Below, one piece after another: positions 1 through 10,200 of a DNA stretch of 64,000 bases. Below the pieces are notes generated by a model that worked only from the letters and a program-made list of their open reading frames with translations, was not told the DNA's origin and did no database searches. The stretch is from an uncultured Verrucomicrobiae bacterium (GTDB lineage: Bacteria; Verrucomicrobiota; Verrucomicrobiia; Limisphaerales; Palsa-1400). Positions within the stretch are counted from its first letter, which is position 1. Each line of letters begins with the position of its first letter. The translations under genes and the position numbers were made by a program. The stretch lies in NCBI GenBank assembly GCA_963764165.1, contig CAVXRD010000002.1:1942232-2006231 (forward strand), in the 5' to 3' direction.

Positions 1-190
1 ATTTGAAGCGAGTGTCATCCAGCTGCAATGCGTTTCGTACCAAGAGCATTGTTGGGCGCCAGTGCCAGATATTAATCTGCACATCTGCACCGGTTGACGC
101 TTGAAGAATAAAGCTCATCGCAGTCTTTCTTAGCTTTCAAATTAGATCAAGAATCAATCGAGGCAACCCATGATGAAGTTGCCCCTGAGC

Positions 191-258
191 GCCGTAGGCG
201 CGGCACCGTTGTAGAAAAATATAAAAAGATATCTTTCAAGCTCCGTCAGGAGCGGCAC
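191..258. repeat. Left REP-like inverted-repeat block flanking the Y1 transposase gene
   Basis: gccgtaggcgcggcaccgttgtag (191-214) is the exact reverse complement of 783-806. ttcaagctccgtcaggagcggcac (235-258) matches the reverse complement of 741-764 with 1 mismatch. Contains a small internal palindrome gcgcc-gta-ggcgc. Confidence 0.75.
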
Positions 259-266
259 AGGCGCAA

Positions 267-731
267 TCATTCATCGGTTGCTTTGAATACATATCGCGGG
301 TCGTAGGGAACGGCAAACTTTTCCAACAACTCGAGGTATTCCTCACGAAATGATTTTTTGGCGTGGTGCTTCTGCTGGTTGTCAATATAATGAATTACAG
401 CGTTGAGTTGCGAACGCGAATACGAAAAGGCTCCAAATCCTTCCTGCCATGAAAAACGTCCGGCCACCCATTTCAGCTCATTAATGAATTTTGACGAGTT
501 GGCCTTAATGTCTCGAACCAGATCGGAAAGCGACTGGTCGGGCAGCAACCCGATGAGCAGATGCATATGATCCGGCATATTGTTAATCGCAATCAATTTA
601 TGTTTATGCGAGGAGACAATGCCCGTGATGTATTTTTGGAGTCTGTCGTTATGCCGTGGATCAATGAGGTTTTGGCGGCCTTCAACGGCAAATACAACGT
701 GAATGTAAATTTGGGTGTAGGTGTTCGCCAT
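267..731 (-). CDS. REP-associated tyrosine transposase (RayT) / IS200-IS605 TnpA-like Y1 HUH transposase
   Basis: 154-aa ORF with an HUH motif in PDHMHLLIG and a conserved Tyr in VIHYIDNQ. Size and motif order fit the Y1 transposase family, and the gene is flanked by inverted repeats. Confidence 0.85.
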   Translation of the reverse strand: MANTYTQIYIHVVFAVEGRQNLIDPRHNDRLQKYITGIVSSHKHKLIAINNMPDHMHLLIGLLPDQSLSDLVRDIKANSSKFINELKWVAGRFSWQEGFGAFSYSRSQLNAVIHYIDNQQKHHAKKSFREEYLELLEKFAVPYDPRYVFKATDE

Positions 732-740
732 GCTCAGAAA

Positions 741-806
741 GTGCCGCTCCTAACGGAGCTTGAAAATCTTTTTTAGCCGTTACTACAACGGTGCCGCGCC
801 TACGGC
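741..806. repeat. Right REP-like inverted-repeat block flanking the Y1 transposase gene
   Basis: Reverse complement of 191-258 in two sub-blocks (741-764 and 783-806). Confidence 0.75.
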
Positions 807-920
807 GCTTCGGCGGTTTCGAGAATTTCCCGCGCGCCCGCCCAAAGGATTTTCTTTTCCTTTCCACACAACTCGCTACAATTTTCACCTTTCCGTTCCA
901 AACGGCCGAAATCTGAAGAA

Positions 921-2402
921 ATGAATACCTGTCCGGTTTTTATCGGCGGAGAGTGGCGCACTCTCACCGACGTTGCCACGACGCCAGTCCACAATCCGTC
1001 GACCGGCGACGTGATTGCCCAGGCGCCGTTGTGCACTGCGAAGCATGTTGACGAAGCGGTCGAAGCGGCGGCGGCGGCTTTTCCTGGCTGGTGGGAAACT
1101 CCGGCAGTCGAGCGGGCGCGGATTTTCTTCCGGTTCAAGGCGCTGCTCGAACAGCATTTCGAGGAACTCATCCGCCTCAATACCCGCGAACACGGCAAGA
1201 CCCTCGCTGAATCGCGCGGGGATGTGAAGCGCGGCTTGGAAATGGTCGAGTTCGCCTGCGGCATCCCGTCGCTGCTGATGGGGGAGAGCATGGAGAATGT
1301 CGCGCGCGGCATTGACTGCGATACGATTCGCCAGCCGCTAGGCGTTTGCGCGGGCATCACGCCCTTCAATTTTCCGGCGATGGTTCCATTGTGGATGTAT
1401 CCGGTGGCCCTCGTTTGCGGAAACACGTTCGTTCTCAAGCCCAGCGAAAAGGTTCCGCTGACCGCCATCCGCATTGTCCAACTTCTGGCGGAATCGGGAT
1501 TGCCGAACGGCGTGATCAATATTGTTCACGGCGGACGCGAAGTCGTGGACGCCATTTTGACCCATCCAAAAATCAAGGCGATTTCTTTTGTCGGCTCCAC
1601 GCCTGTGGCGCGGCATGTTTTTGAAGTTGGCACGCGGCATGGCAAACGAGTTCAATCCAACGGCGGCGCGAAGAATTTCGTTTTCATCATGCCGGACGCG
1701 GATGTCGAAAATTCGACCCGCGGCGTAATCGAGGCCGCTTACGGCTGCGCCGGAGAACGCTGCATGGCAGGTTCGACGGCGGTTATCATTGGCGACGCTT
1801 CGAAGAATGTTTTGCCGTCCATTCTCGAAGCCGCCCGCGCCATTCAAGTCGGCCCGACCGACCGCGAACAGCAACCGCATATGGGCCCAGTGATCACCCG
1901 CCAGCATCGCGAGCGCGTGGAGCAATTGATCGAAGCGGGCGCGAACGAAGGCGCTAATGTGGCCGTCGACGGCCGCCCGGTGAAAGTGCCTGGCGAACCC
2001 AACGGCTTCTTCATCGGCGCCACCGTGCTTGACAATGTGCAAGGCGGGATGACCGTCGCGAAGGAGGAAATTTTCGGCCCGGTTCTAAACGTCATGCGCT
2101 TCGAGCAGCTTGACGCGGCCATTGAAACAGCGAACCGCTGCCCCTATGGAAACGGCGCTTCCATCTTCACGCGGTCCGGCAAGGCGGCGCGGGAGTTCAA
2201 ACATCGCATCAAGGCGGGAATGGTTGGCATCAACATCGGCGTGCCCGCTTCGATGGCGTGGTTCCCGTTCAATGGATGGGACGAATCGTTTTTTGGCGAT
2301 TTGCATATGCAAGGCCGCGAGGGCGTCCAATTTTTCACCCAGCAGAAAGTCACCACCACCCGCTGGTTCAGCTATGGGGAAGGCGACATCTGGCATCGTT
2401 GA
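921..2402 (+). CDS. mmsA: CoA-acylating methylmalonate-semialdehyde dehydrogenase (aldehyde dehydrogenase family)
   Basis: 493 aa. ALDH strings ITPFNFPAMVPLWMYP, FVLKPSEKVPL and the catalytic-Cys context GERCMA. Overall pattern is typical of MmsA/IolA. Confidence 0.85.
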   Translation: MNTCPVFIGGEWRTLTDVATTPVHNPSTGDVIAQAPLCTAKHVDEAVEAAAAAFPGWWETPAVERARIFFRFKALLEQHFEELIRLNTREHGKTLAESRGDVKRGLEMVEFACGIPSLLMGESMENVARGIDCDTIRQPLGVCAGITPFNFPAMVPLWMYPVALVCGNTFVLKPSEKVPLTAIRIVQLLAESGLPNGVINIVHGGREVVDAILTHPKIKAISFVGSTPVARHVFEVGTRHGKRVQSNGGAKNFVFIMPDADVENSTRGVIEAAYGCAGERCMAGSTAVIIGDASKNVLPSILEAARAIQVGPTDREQQPHMGPVITRQHRERVEQLIEAGANEGANVAVDGRPVKVPGEPNGFFIGATVLDNVQGGMTVAKEEIFGPVLNVMRFEQLDAAIETANRCPYGNGASIFTRSGKAAREFKHRIKAGMVGINIGVPASMAWFPFNGWDESFFGDLHMQGREGVQFFTQQKVTTTRWFSYGEGDIWHR

Positions 2403-2414
2403 CAGGCTGCCATC

Positions 2415-2819
2415 GTGATCATCAAAGAAACAGATTCACGAGCGCGCCGGATGAGCATCGCGGTGGGGATCGCGCTCGCGATCATGATTGCGGCGGCGCT
2501 TATTTATTGGTTCGCAACTTCAAAGGAATCCAGCGCAAAATTCAATGGCGCTGCCATCGTGGCCGCGGCCAGGGATTACACCCGGGATTTGAAATCCCGC
2601 AACCAGCCCATCCCAAAATCGGTAACGCTGGACGATTTGGTCGAGCATCATTTTCTGACGCCATCCCAAGTGGAGGCGTTTAGCGGAGCCAAGACAACCG
2701 TCATGCTCATGGCGAATATGAGCGATCCCGCTTCCATCCTGATGCATGTTCATTTCAGTGATGGGACGGAATTTGTATTGTTGACGGACGGCAATGTCCT
2801 GCAGGTGCCGAGCAAATAG
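2415..2819 (+). CDS. Hypothetical small membrane-anchored protein
   Basis: 134-aa ORF with a GTG start (alternative ATG at 2451). One N-terminal TM helix (IAVGIALAIMIAAALIYWF). No recognisable family. Confidence 0.45.
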   Translation: MIIKETDSRARRMSIAVGIALAIMIAAALIYWFATSKESSAKFNGAAIVAAARDYTRDLKSRNQPIPKSVTLDDLVEHHFLTPSQVEAFSGAKTTVMLMANMSDPASILMHVHFSDGTEFVLLTDGNVLQVPSK

Positions 2820-2851
2820 CCCGTCTGAAAAGGCCGCTGAGGCGGCCTCAT

Positions 2852-4531
2852 ATGAAACCATTTATATCGTTCCGCCCCAAACTGGCGGACACGCTCAACA
2901 ATTATTCACGCGATGATTTTTCCGCCGACCTCGTGGCCGGGCTCACCGTTGGCCTTGTCGCGCTGCCGCTGGCCATGGCCTTTGCCATAGCGTCGGGCGT
3001 CAAGCCAGAGGCGGGCATTTTCACGGCGGTCATCGCGGGTTTCATCATATCGGCGCTTGGCGGCTCGCGCGTGGCCATCGGCGGGCCGACTGGCGCTTTC
3101 ATCGCCATTCTCTACAACATTTGCGCCACCTATGGCGCGGATAATCTCGCCATCTGCACCATCATGGCGGGTTTCATTTTGCTGGTCATGGGCATCGCGA
3201 AACTCGGAAACACGATTAAGTTTATTCCCTACCCGGTGACGATGGGCTTCACATCAGGCATTGCGGTTCTCATCTTGACAACGCAGGTCAAGGATTTCTT
3301 CGGACTTAAGCTGGACAAGGTGCCCTCCGATTTTTTTGAGAAAATGAAGGCGCTGGCCGGGCACGCCGGAACCGCTCAATGGCAGGCCACATTGATGGCA
3401 GCGGCGTCGCTGGCGGTGATTTTGCTGTGGCCCAAGAAATGGGCGAGGCGCGTTCCTTCTCCCGTCGTTGCGCTGGTGCTGGGGACTCTTGCGGTCGCGT
3501 TGTTCAACCTCCCGGTCGAAACCATTGGCTCGCGTTTCGGAGGCATTCCGCAAACGCTGCCCAGGCCGGCTTTTCCGGCCATGTCCTGGCATCACATGCG
3601 CGAATTGGTGCAGCCGGCCACGACGATTGCGCTGCTCGCCGCCATCGAATCCCTTCTCTGCGCAGTGGTGGCGGACGGCATGATTGGGGATCGCCACAAC
3701 CCGAATCAGGAATTGATGGCGCAAGGCATCGCCAATATCGCGAGCCCGCTGTTTGGCGGCATTGCGGCCACGGGCGCGATTGCGCGCACGGCGACGAATG
3801 TTCGCTGCGGCGCGCGTTCGCCGGTGGCGGGAATGATGCACTCAATCACGCTGCTGGCCATCATCATGGTGGCGGCCCCCCTCGCGAAATTCATCCCGCT
3901 GGCGACCTTGAGCGCCGTGCTGGTGAACGTCGCGATGAACATGGGCGAATGGCACAATTTCAAGCGCCTTCCCAAATGGCCGCGCAGTGACGCCGCCGTT
4001 TTCCTGACGGCTTTTGGTTTGACAGTGGTTATCGATCTCACGGTCGCTGTTGAAATCGGCATGGTGCTGGCGGCGATTTTGTTCATCAAGCGTGTTGCAG
4101 AAACGACGCAAATAACCGCTGTGGACGAATCGACCGAGACCGAGGGATCGCATCATTCGTTGCGCGGAAAAACGGTGCCGGAAGGCGTGATGTTTTTTCG
4201 CATCTTCGGCTCGTTTTTCTTCGGCGCGGCGGACAAATTGGAGAGCGCCCTGCACCGCTTAAAGCAGGAACCAGAGGTGCTGATTCTCGGCATGCGCAAC
4301 GTCCTCGCCATGGACGCGACGGGACTGAATGCGCTGGAGGACATTTGCGAGCGCCTGGCTGGCCACGGCAAGCATCTCATCTTGAGCGGCCCGCACGCGC
4401 AGCCGCTTTTCATGATGGACAAGGCCGGTTTTCTTGACAAGCTCGGCCGCGAAAACGTCTGCGCCGATGTGGATGCTTCGTTGGCGAGATCGCTGGAGAT
4501 TCTTGGGATGGGAAAAGGGAAGAGTTTTTAA
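2852..4531 (+). CDS. SulP family inorganic anion (sulfate) transporter with C-terminal STAS domain
   Basis: 559 aa. N-terminal LVAGLTVGLVALPLAMAFAIASG signature, multiple TM segments, and a STAS-like C-terminus (VLILGMRNVLAMDATGLNAL). Confidence 0.9.
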   Translation: MKPFISFRPKLADTLNNYSRDDFSADLVAGLTVGLVALPLAMAFAIASGVKPEAGIFTAVIAGFIISALGGSRVAIGGPTGAFIAILYNICATYGADNLAICTIMAGFILLVMGIAKLGNTIKFIPYPVTMGFTSGIAVLILTTQVKDFFGLKLDKVPSDFFEKMKALAGHAGTAQWQATLMAAASLAVILLWPKKWARRVPSPVVALVLGTLAVALFNLPVETIGSRFGGIPQTLPRPAFPAMSWHHMRELVQPATTIALLAAIESLLCAVVADGMIGDRHNPNQELMAQGIANIASPLFGGIAATGAIARTATNVRCGARSPVAGMMHSITLLAIIMVAAPLAKFIPLATLSAVLVNVAMNMGEWHNFKRLPKWPRSDAAVFLTAFGLTVVIDLTVAVEIGMVLAAILFIKRVAETTQITAVDESTETEGSHHSLRGKTVPEGVMFFRIFGSFFFGAADKLESALHRLKQEPEVLILGMRNVLAMDATGLNALEDICERLAGHGKHLILSGPHAQPLFMMDKAGFLDKLGRENVCADVDASLARSLEILGMGKGKSF

Positions 4532-4686
4532 TCAGGAACGACCGAACTCAGGAAAAGAGGCGTACAGCAGGCAAACGGCTTGATAAGACTTATAGGACCT
4601 ATAGGGCTTATTAGGCCGCGAAAAAGTGGCGCGCACGGTACCGTCCCCAAGCCTCCGTGCCTGCGTTCGGTCGTTCCTGATTAAAA
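4526..4686. repeat. MITE-like element with 27-bp terminal inverted repeats between convergent genes
   Basis: ttttaatcaggaacgaccgaactcagg (4526-4552) versus the reverse complement of 4660-4686: 1 mismatch, with a 19-bp perfect core at 4529-4547 / 4665-4683. Internal near-palindrome ataagacttataggacctatagggcttat. The left arm overlaps the SulP stop codon. Confidence 0.7.
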
Positions 4687-4697
4687 TAAATTTCCCC

Positions 4698-5900
4698 TCA
4701 CCCGATCTTCAACGAATCCAGCCCGATAATATCCGGATTGCCCTTCTGGATTTCCGCCAGCAATTCGGCGGGCGGCTGGTCGGCGAGCTGGATGCGGCAG
4801 CTGGCGGCGAGCGCTCCCTCAAATACAACGTTCTCGACTTCCTCGACGTTCAAGCCGGCGCGGCGGATATGATCCAGCACAAACGCCAGCACGCCAATGC
4901 GATCATGATGGCGCACCACCAACTGCCACTTGGCGGGTGTGCGGTGGGCGAGGTTGACGCAATTGGCGACCACGCCCGTTTTTATGAACGACTCGACCAC
5001 ATGCACCGCCTCTTCGGCAATGGCGTTTTGCGATTGTGTTGTTGACGCTCCAATGTGGTGCGTGCCGTGAAGGCCTGGCAATTTGAGAATCGGGTCGGTG
5101 AACGGCGCGGCGCCTTCGGCCGGTTCGGGATCGAAAACGTCGAGGCCGGCGCGGATTCGTTTGGATTCGACGGCTTCACGAAGGGCGGCTTGATCGACGA
5201 CTTCGCCGCGCGAGGTGTTGATGAGAATGGCGCCGGGGCGCATCAGCCATAAGCGGGAAGCGTTGACAAGCTTGCGGGTTTCCGGCCCCAAGGCGACGTG
5301 CAGGGAAACGATGTCTGATTCGCGGAAAACGTCATCCACACTTTCGCAAAATTCCACGCCCAATTCTTCCGCCTGCGCCTTCGTCAGCGAGCGGGACCAG
5401 GCGACGACTTTCAATCCGAACGCATGCGCCCGGCGAATCACTTCGCGGCCGATGCTGCCCACGCCAATGACGCCGAGAGTTTTGCCGTAAACGCCGTCCG
5501 CATTTGAAAAGTCTTTCTTGTTCCATTTTCCATCGCGGAGGGCGGCGACGTTCTCAGGAACGCGGCGGTCCAGCGACAGGATCAGCGCGAAAACGAGTTC
5601 CGCCACGGCGATGGAATTTTTGCCGGGGCAATTACTTACAAAAATGCCCAGGCTGCTGGCCGTTTTGACATCGATGGTGTTGACACCGGCGCCCGCCCGC
5701 AAAACGAGGGCGAGATTTGGCATGGCCTTGAGGACTTCAGCCCCAACCTTCTTGCTGCGAACGATGAGAATCTTGCAGCCAGGCGAAAAGGACGGAAGCT
5801 CTTCGGATTTGGCGGAAGGATGATACTCAACCTCACACCCGATTTGTTTGAGACGAAGGATATAGGATTCCGGGAAAGTATCGGCTACCAGAGTTTTCAT
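4698..5900 (-). CDS. serA: D-3-phosphoglycerate dehydrogenase-like 2-hydroxyacid dehydrogenase with C-terminal ACT-like domain
   Basis: 400 aa. NAD-binding GVIGVGSIGREV, the D-isomer 2-hydroxyacid dehydrogenase pattern (RGEVVD, THHIGAST), and a regulatory C-terminal ~80 aa. Confidence 0.7.
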   Translation of the reverse strand: MKTLVADTFPESYILRLKQIGCEVEYHPSAKSEELPSFSPGCKILIVRSKKVGAEVLKAMPNLALVLRAGAGVNTIDVKTASSLGIFVSNCPGKNSIAVAELVFALILSLDRRVPENVAALRDGKWNKKDFSNADGVYGKTLGVIGVGSIGREVIRRAHAFGLKVVAWSRSLTKAQAEELGVEFCESVDDVFRESDIVSLHVALGPETRKLVNASRLWLMRPGAILINTSRGEVVDQAALREAVESKRIRAGLDVFDPEPAEGAAPFTDPILKLPGLHGTHHIGASTTQSQNAIAEEAVHVVESFIKTGVVANCVNLAHRTPAKWQLVVRHHDRIGVLAFVLDHIRRAGLNVEEVENVVFEGALAASCRIQLADQPPAELLAEIQKGNPDIIGLDSLKIG

Positions 5901-5917
5901 ATGTTGCTGCCCGCCCC

Positions 5918-7285
5918 TTATTGAGGCTTTGGTCGATTGCGATATTTATCGTAGAGGCGGGTATGGCGGCTTTCAAGCGAAACTGCGTGCCCAGCCACCC
6001 AGAGATGAGTGACGTTTTGGCGCAAATCCATGATGTCGCCAGTGCAGGAAAACAGCGTGGCGACCTTGCCGGGCTCAATGGAACCAATCTGCTCAGAGAC
6101 TCCCATGACTTGGGCCGGATATAAAGTGATCGCCTTCAAAGCCTCGTCGGCGGGCAATCCGTAAGCGACGGCGGACGCAGCCGTATAAGGCAGATTCTTT
6201 GCCAGCGCGGCGGGGTCGGCCGACTCGCCGCCTTCCGGCATCGAGATGATGACTTTCACGCCAGCCTTGTGCATCAGTTCAGGAGCCTTGAAATGGATGT
6301 CGTAACCGTCAGATTCTGAGGAGGGCAGGGTATAAGTCCCAGCATAGATTACGGGAACGTCCTGTTTGGCCAGCAAATCGCCAACCTTCCACCCATCGCG
6401 TCCGCCCGCAATGACAATTCTGTATTTGTTGGTGCCAGCCCATTTCAATGCTGCCTTGATTTGTCGAACATCGTCTGCGTGGACGACAATCGGAGCGTCC
6501 CCGCGAACGTAGGGGCGCATCGCTTCCCACGAAGGATTCAAGCCGGGATCGGGTGCGCCGTGGGTTTTGGCGGCGCTGCGGGCCACGTCATAGGCTTTTG
6601 CGTCAATAAAATAATCGGCCAGCTCCTTGATCTTTTTTTGGCGCTCTTTGACTTGCTCGTCTGGTGACGCGCCGCCAGCCCCACGACGGCGTCCGCCGCC
6701 ACCCCCACCTCCGCGCCGGCCGCCGCCACCGACGTTCATGTTCGGCCAAAAGACGTGCAGCGCGGCGGGTTTTTTGAAAACCATGCTCTCCGTGGTCCAG
6801 CCGTCCATCGCCATCAAGCCGGAACGGCCCGCCACCATTGTGCCTTGCGGAATTGGTTCGAAATAGCCAATGCCATTGGCGCGGGCCACCGCGATCAATT
6901 CGGAATCCGGATTGACCGCCACCCAAGATCCCACTTCTGGGATGAATTGCCCGACTTCCTCCTCGTCAAGAGTTGCGCGAACGGCTTCGATCTCCACAAG
7001 GCCCAGTGGCGTATCCAAATCCACCAACCCGGGATAAAGATGCTGTCCGGTCAAATCAATGGTTTGGTCAGCCTTGGCCTCAATGTGCGCGGCGATTTGC
7101 GAAATTTTTCCGCCGTCCACCAGAACATCCGCCCCCGCCATGGCCGGGCCGGTGACGGGATGCACGGTCGCGTTTTTCAGCAGCAGCGTCTCGGCGCGGC
7201 TTGACAGCGGCGCGAGCGCGCACGCGGCCATCGCCACCCAAGCAGTGAGCCTGGCTGAAAAATTATGGTTTGCCGTCCGCTTCAT
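5918..7285 (-). CDS. Secreted amidohydrolase family protein
   Basis: Start taken at MKRTANH (the ORF-track ORF extends upstream to 7570 with a TTG). Signal peptide AMAACALAPLSSRA, metal-dependent hydrolase fold pattern (TIDLTGQHLYPGLVD). Contains a Gly/Arg-rich insert. Confidence 0.7.
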   Translation of the reverse strand: MKRTANHNFSARLTAWVAMAACALAPLSSRAETLLLKNATVHPVTGPAMAGADVLVDGGKISQIAAHIEAKADQTIDLTGQHLYPGLVDLDTPLGLVEIEAVRATLDEEEVGQFIPEVGSWVAVNPDSELIAVARANGIGYFEPIPQGTMVAGRSGLMAMDGWTTESMVFKKPAALHVFWPNMNVGGGGRRGGGGGGGRRRGAGGASPDEQVKERQKKIKELADYFIDAKAYDVARSAAKTHGAPDPGLNPSWEAMRPYVRGDAPIVVHADDVRQIKAALKWAGTNKYRIVIAGGRDGWKVGDLLAKQDVPVIYAGTYTLPSSESDGYDIHFKAPELMHKAGVKVIISMPEGGESADPAALAKNLPYTAASAVAYGLPADEALKAITLYPAQVMGVSEQIGSIEPGKVATLFSCTGDIMDLRQNVTHLWVAGHAVSLESRHTRLYDKYRNRPKPQ

Positions 7286-10200
7286 CGCGATCGTGATTGT
7301 AAAAGTCGTCCTGATGTTCCAGCGCCACTTCGAAGAATCGGCGGCGCCCCTGCGGCGTGCCGCCGCTTTCGCCACCCTCGGAAAGCTTGCGGGCTTTGGC
7401 CAGCAGCGCTTTGCGCTCCTCCTCGAGGGAAGCGGTGCGTTTCGGATCCAGCGCGAGATCGAAGTATTTTTTCCCTTCAATCCATGTTTCCAAGCAAAGC
7501 GTGGTCGAATCGAGAGGCGATTTTGACCAGACGGCGATGTCGCCGGATTTTCCAACCTCCAGGGAGCCAACCAGCTTGTCGACGCGCAATTGAATGGCCG
7601 GATTGATGGTCACAAATTTTAGCGCTTCGACTTCGCTCAAGCCGCCATATTTGACAGCTTTGGCCGCGTCGAGATTGAGCCGGCGGGCGAGGTCATCGGA
7701 ATCCGAATTGAAAGATACAACCACGCCTCGGTCGTGCATGAGCGTGCCATTGTAAGGAATGGCATCGTAAACTTCAAACTTGTAGGCCCACCAATCAGAG
7801 AACGAGGACCCGCCGATTTTGCCCGCTGCCATCTCGTCCGCTACTTTGTAGCCTTCAAGGACGTGCTGCATCGCGGCGATTTGAATGCCGAAACTTTGCA
7901 TTGTGCGGATGAAATAGAGGATTTCGTCCTGGCGATACGAATGGCAATGGATGAAGCGCTTGCCCTGCAAAATTTCGCCCAGCGCATCCAATTCCAAATC
8001 GCGGGCCGGAGGGACGCCTTGCCCCGTTTTGTTGTATTTGTCCCACGTTTCCAAATACTGTTTCGCCGCTGTGAAACGGTTTTCGTAGAAGGTCGGCACC
8101 CCCATGCGGGTTTGCGGGAAACGGGTCCCGCCGCCGCCGTTGGACTGCTTGACGTTTTCGCCCAGCGCGAATTTGATCGTCGGCGGCGCTTCGGCAAATT
8201 TCATTTCCTCGGGAGTGGCGCCATCGCGCAATTTGATCAGGCAGCATTGCCCGCCGATGGGATTGGCCGAGCCATGGAGCAGATGAGCCTCCGTCGTGCC
8301 GCCCGCCAATTGCAGATATATATTGGCGCTGTCGGCGTTGACAACGTCGCCAATCCGCACCATTGCGGAAGAGGGAAGGGTGCCTTCGTTGACGCCGCCC
8401 AAAATCATGCTGTGGCTATGGCAATCAATGATTCCCGGCGAGACCTCTTTGCCGGTGCCATCTTCAACCAGCGCCGAATCGGGATGGCGAACTGTTGCGC
8501 CGATTTCCGCAATCTTTCCGTTCTCGATTAGGATTGAAGCCTTTTCCAAAACACCAGAGGGGCCGCAAGTCCAGAGCGTTGCATTCGTGATGAGCAGCGC
8601 GGGAGGATTCGTGATTGGGCCGCGACCTTCCATTGGCGAATGCGCGAGGCGCTTCTTCATCAACTCACGATTCGCCGCCGAGCGATTGCCGCCACGGCCA
8701 CCTCGCCCGCCGCCGGGACCTCGGCCTGGGTTTGGAGCCGGTTCGTCGGAATTTTCAGCAACTTTGGAATCGTCTGGTTTTGCGGGCGAGTTGGTGCCCG
8801 GAGCATTGGTGCCTGCCGAATTGGTGGCCACAGCGTTCGTGCCGAGCGTGTTTGCGCCCGGAGACTTCGCGTCGTCAGATTTTGCTTCAGCCGAGCGATC
8901 TGGACGAGCTGGGGCGTTGGTGCCTGAATCGTCCGCTTCGCTCTTATATATTCTGCCGTCGATCCAGACTTCCTTCACTTTCGCGTCCGGATCGAAATAG
9001 CCTTTGCCGCTGACGACCGTCAAATCGGCCATTTTGCCCGCCTCAATGGTGCCAAGCGATTTATCAACGCCGCACAATTTTGCCGGAATCGTGGTCAGTC
9101 CCGCCAGCGCGTCATTCTCGCTGTATCCGCGGTCGACTGCGGCAACAACGTTGCGATGGAAGGCGGACTTGTCGTCCAGTTCGTAGGTGGTCAGCGCCAC
9201 TTCCAAATTATTGCTGCGCAAGATCGCCGCATCCTCGGGCGCCCAATCCCACGCGCGCAATTGATCGAGGTTTATGGAGTTCCAATCGTCGTCATCCGAC
9301 ATCTTGGTTATTTCCGGGAAACTCAACGGGAGAATAAACGGAACACCCGCGCTTTTGGCCAGCTCAGGCCGGCGCCACTCCTGGCCGCTGGCGAGAATGT
9401 AATAGTTCAGCCCAAATTCCTGAGCCAGCCGCGTGGCGCGATCCACCATCAACGCGCTCCCGGGCTCGAAAACCACCGTCATCTTTTTGTCGAGGGCGGG
9501 CTCCAGCGCTTTCGACGCCGGATTGAAGGGGGGGCGTTTGTGTCCCAGCGGAGACTTTTCGTAAGCAGCGCGCTCCAGCGCATCGTGCTGGGCATCATAC
9601 ATCGTCTGTCGGATGGCCGAGATGATGCCCATCAGCGAACTGGGATAGCCGCCGCCGAAACCTCCGCCCGATTCGAGCGCGATGTGCTGAAACACATCGG
9701 CCCGAATGACGGCGTCGTTGGGATTGCTTTCGCCGAGCGAAATAAATGCGCTTGTTCCCTTGATGATTCCCGTGGACGGAACGACGTTCCCGGCGGTGAA
9801 TCCCGCGCCGCGCAACGATTGCAAAGCTGCGGCTTCCGGCGCGAGCCCTTCCACCGCGCGATGCTCCGGAACAATAACGGAAAGCTGCGAACTCGGCCCC
9901 GGCGCGCCGGGATCAAGTTCCGCCACAGCCAACCCGTAGAACCGTCCTGCTGTCAAATTCTGGCTTTGAGGCGGCGGCCCTCCGAAGCGTCCGCGCGTGG
10001 GCGCCGCATTGGTGGCGGCGGCGGACGCAATGGTAAGATAAGGATCGATGAACCCGGCGTAAATGGTCGTCCCCTTCATGTCCCAGACCCGGGCGTCCGG
10101 CGGAGCAGTGACGTCTTTTCCAACTTTCTCAATCAACCCATCGCGAATGACGATGGTGGCCGAATCGAGAGTTTCACCGGGTTTGACAACAACTTTGCCT

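Noticed and set aside
1-118. Partial minus-strand ORF at the left edge (MSFILQASTGADVQINIWHW...)
   Set aside because: Only 39 codons are visible and no motif is recognisable, so it cannot be supported as a gene from this window alone.
8690-8900. Short tandem-like repeats (ggtgcc/ggcacc...aat units) as a VNTR or CRISPR-like array
   Set aside because: They lie inside the amidohydrolase coding frame and encode a TN/GT-rich low-complexity linker. There is no regular repeat-spacer periodicity. No CRISPR array was seen anywhere in the window.
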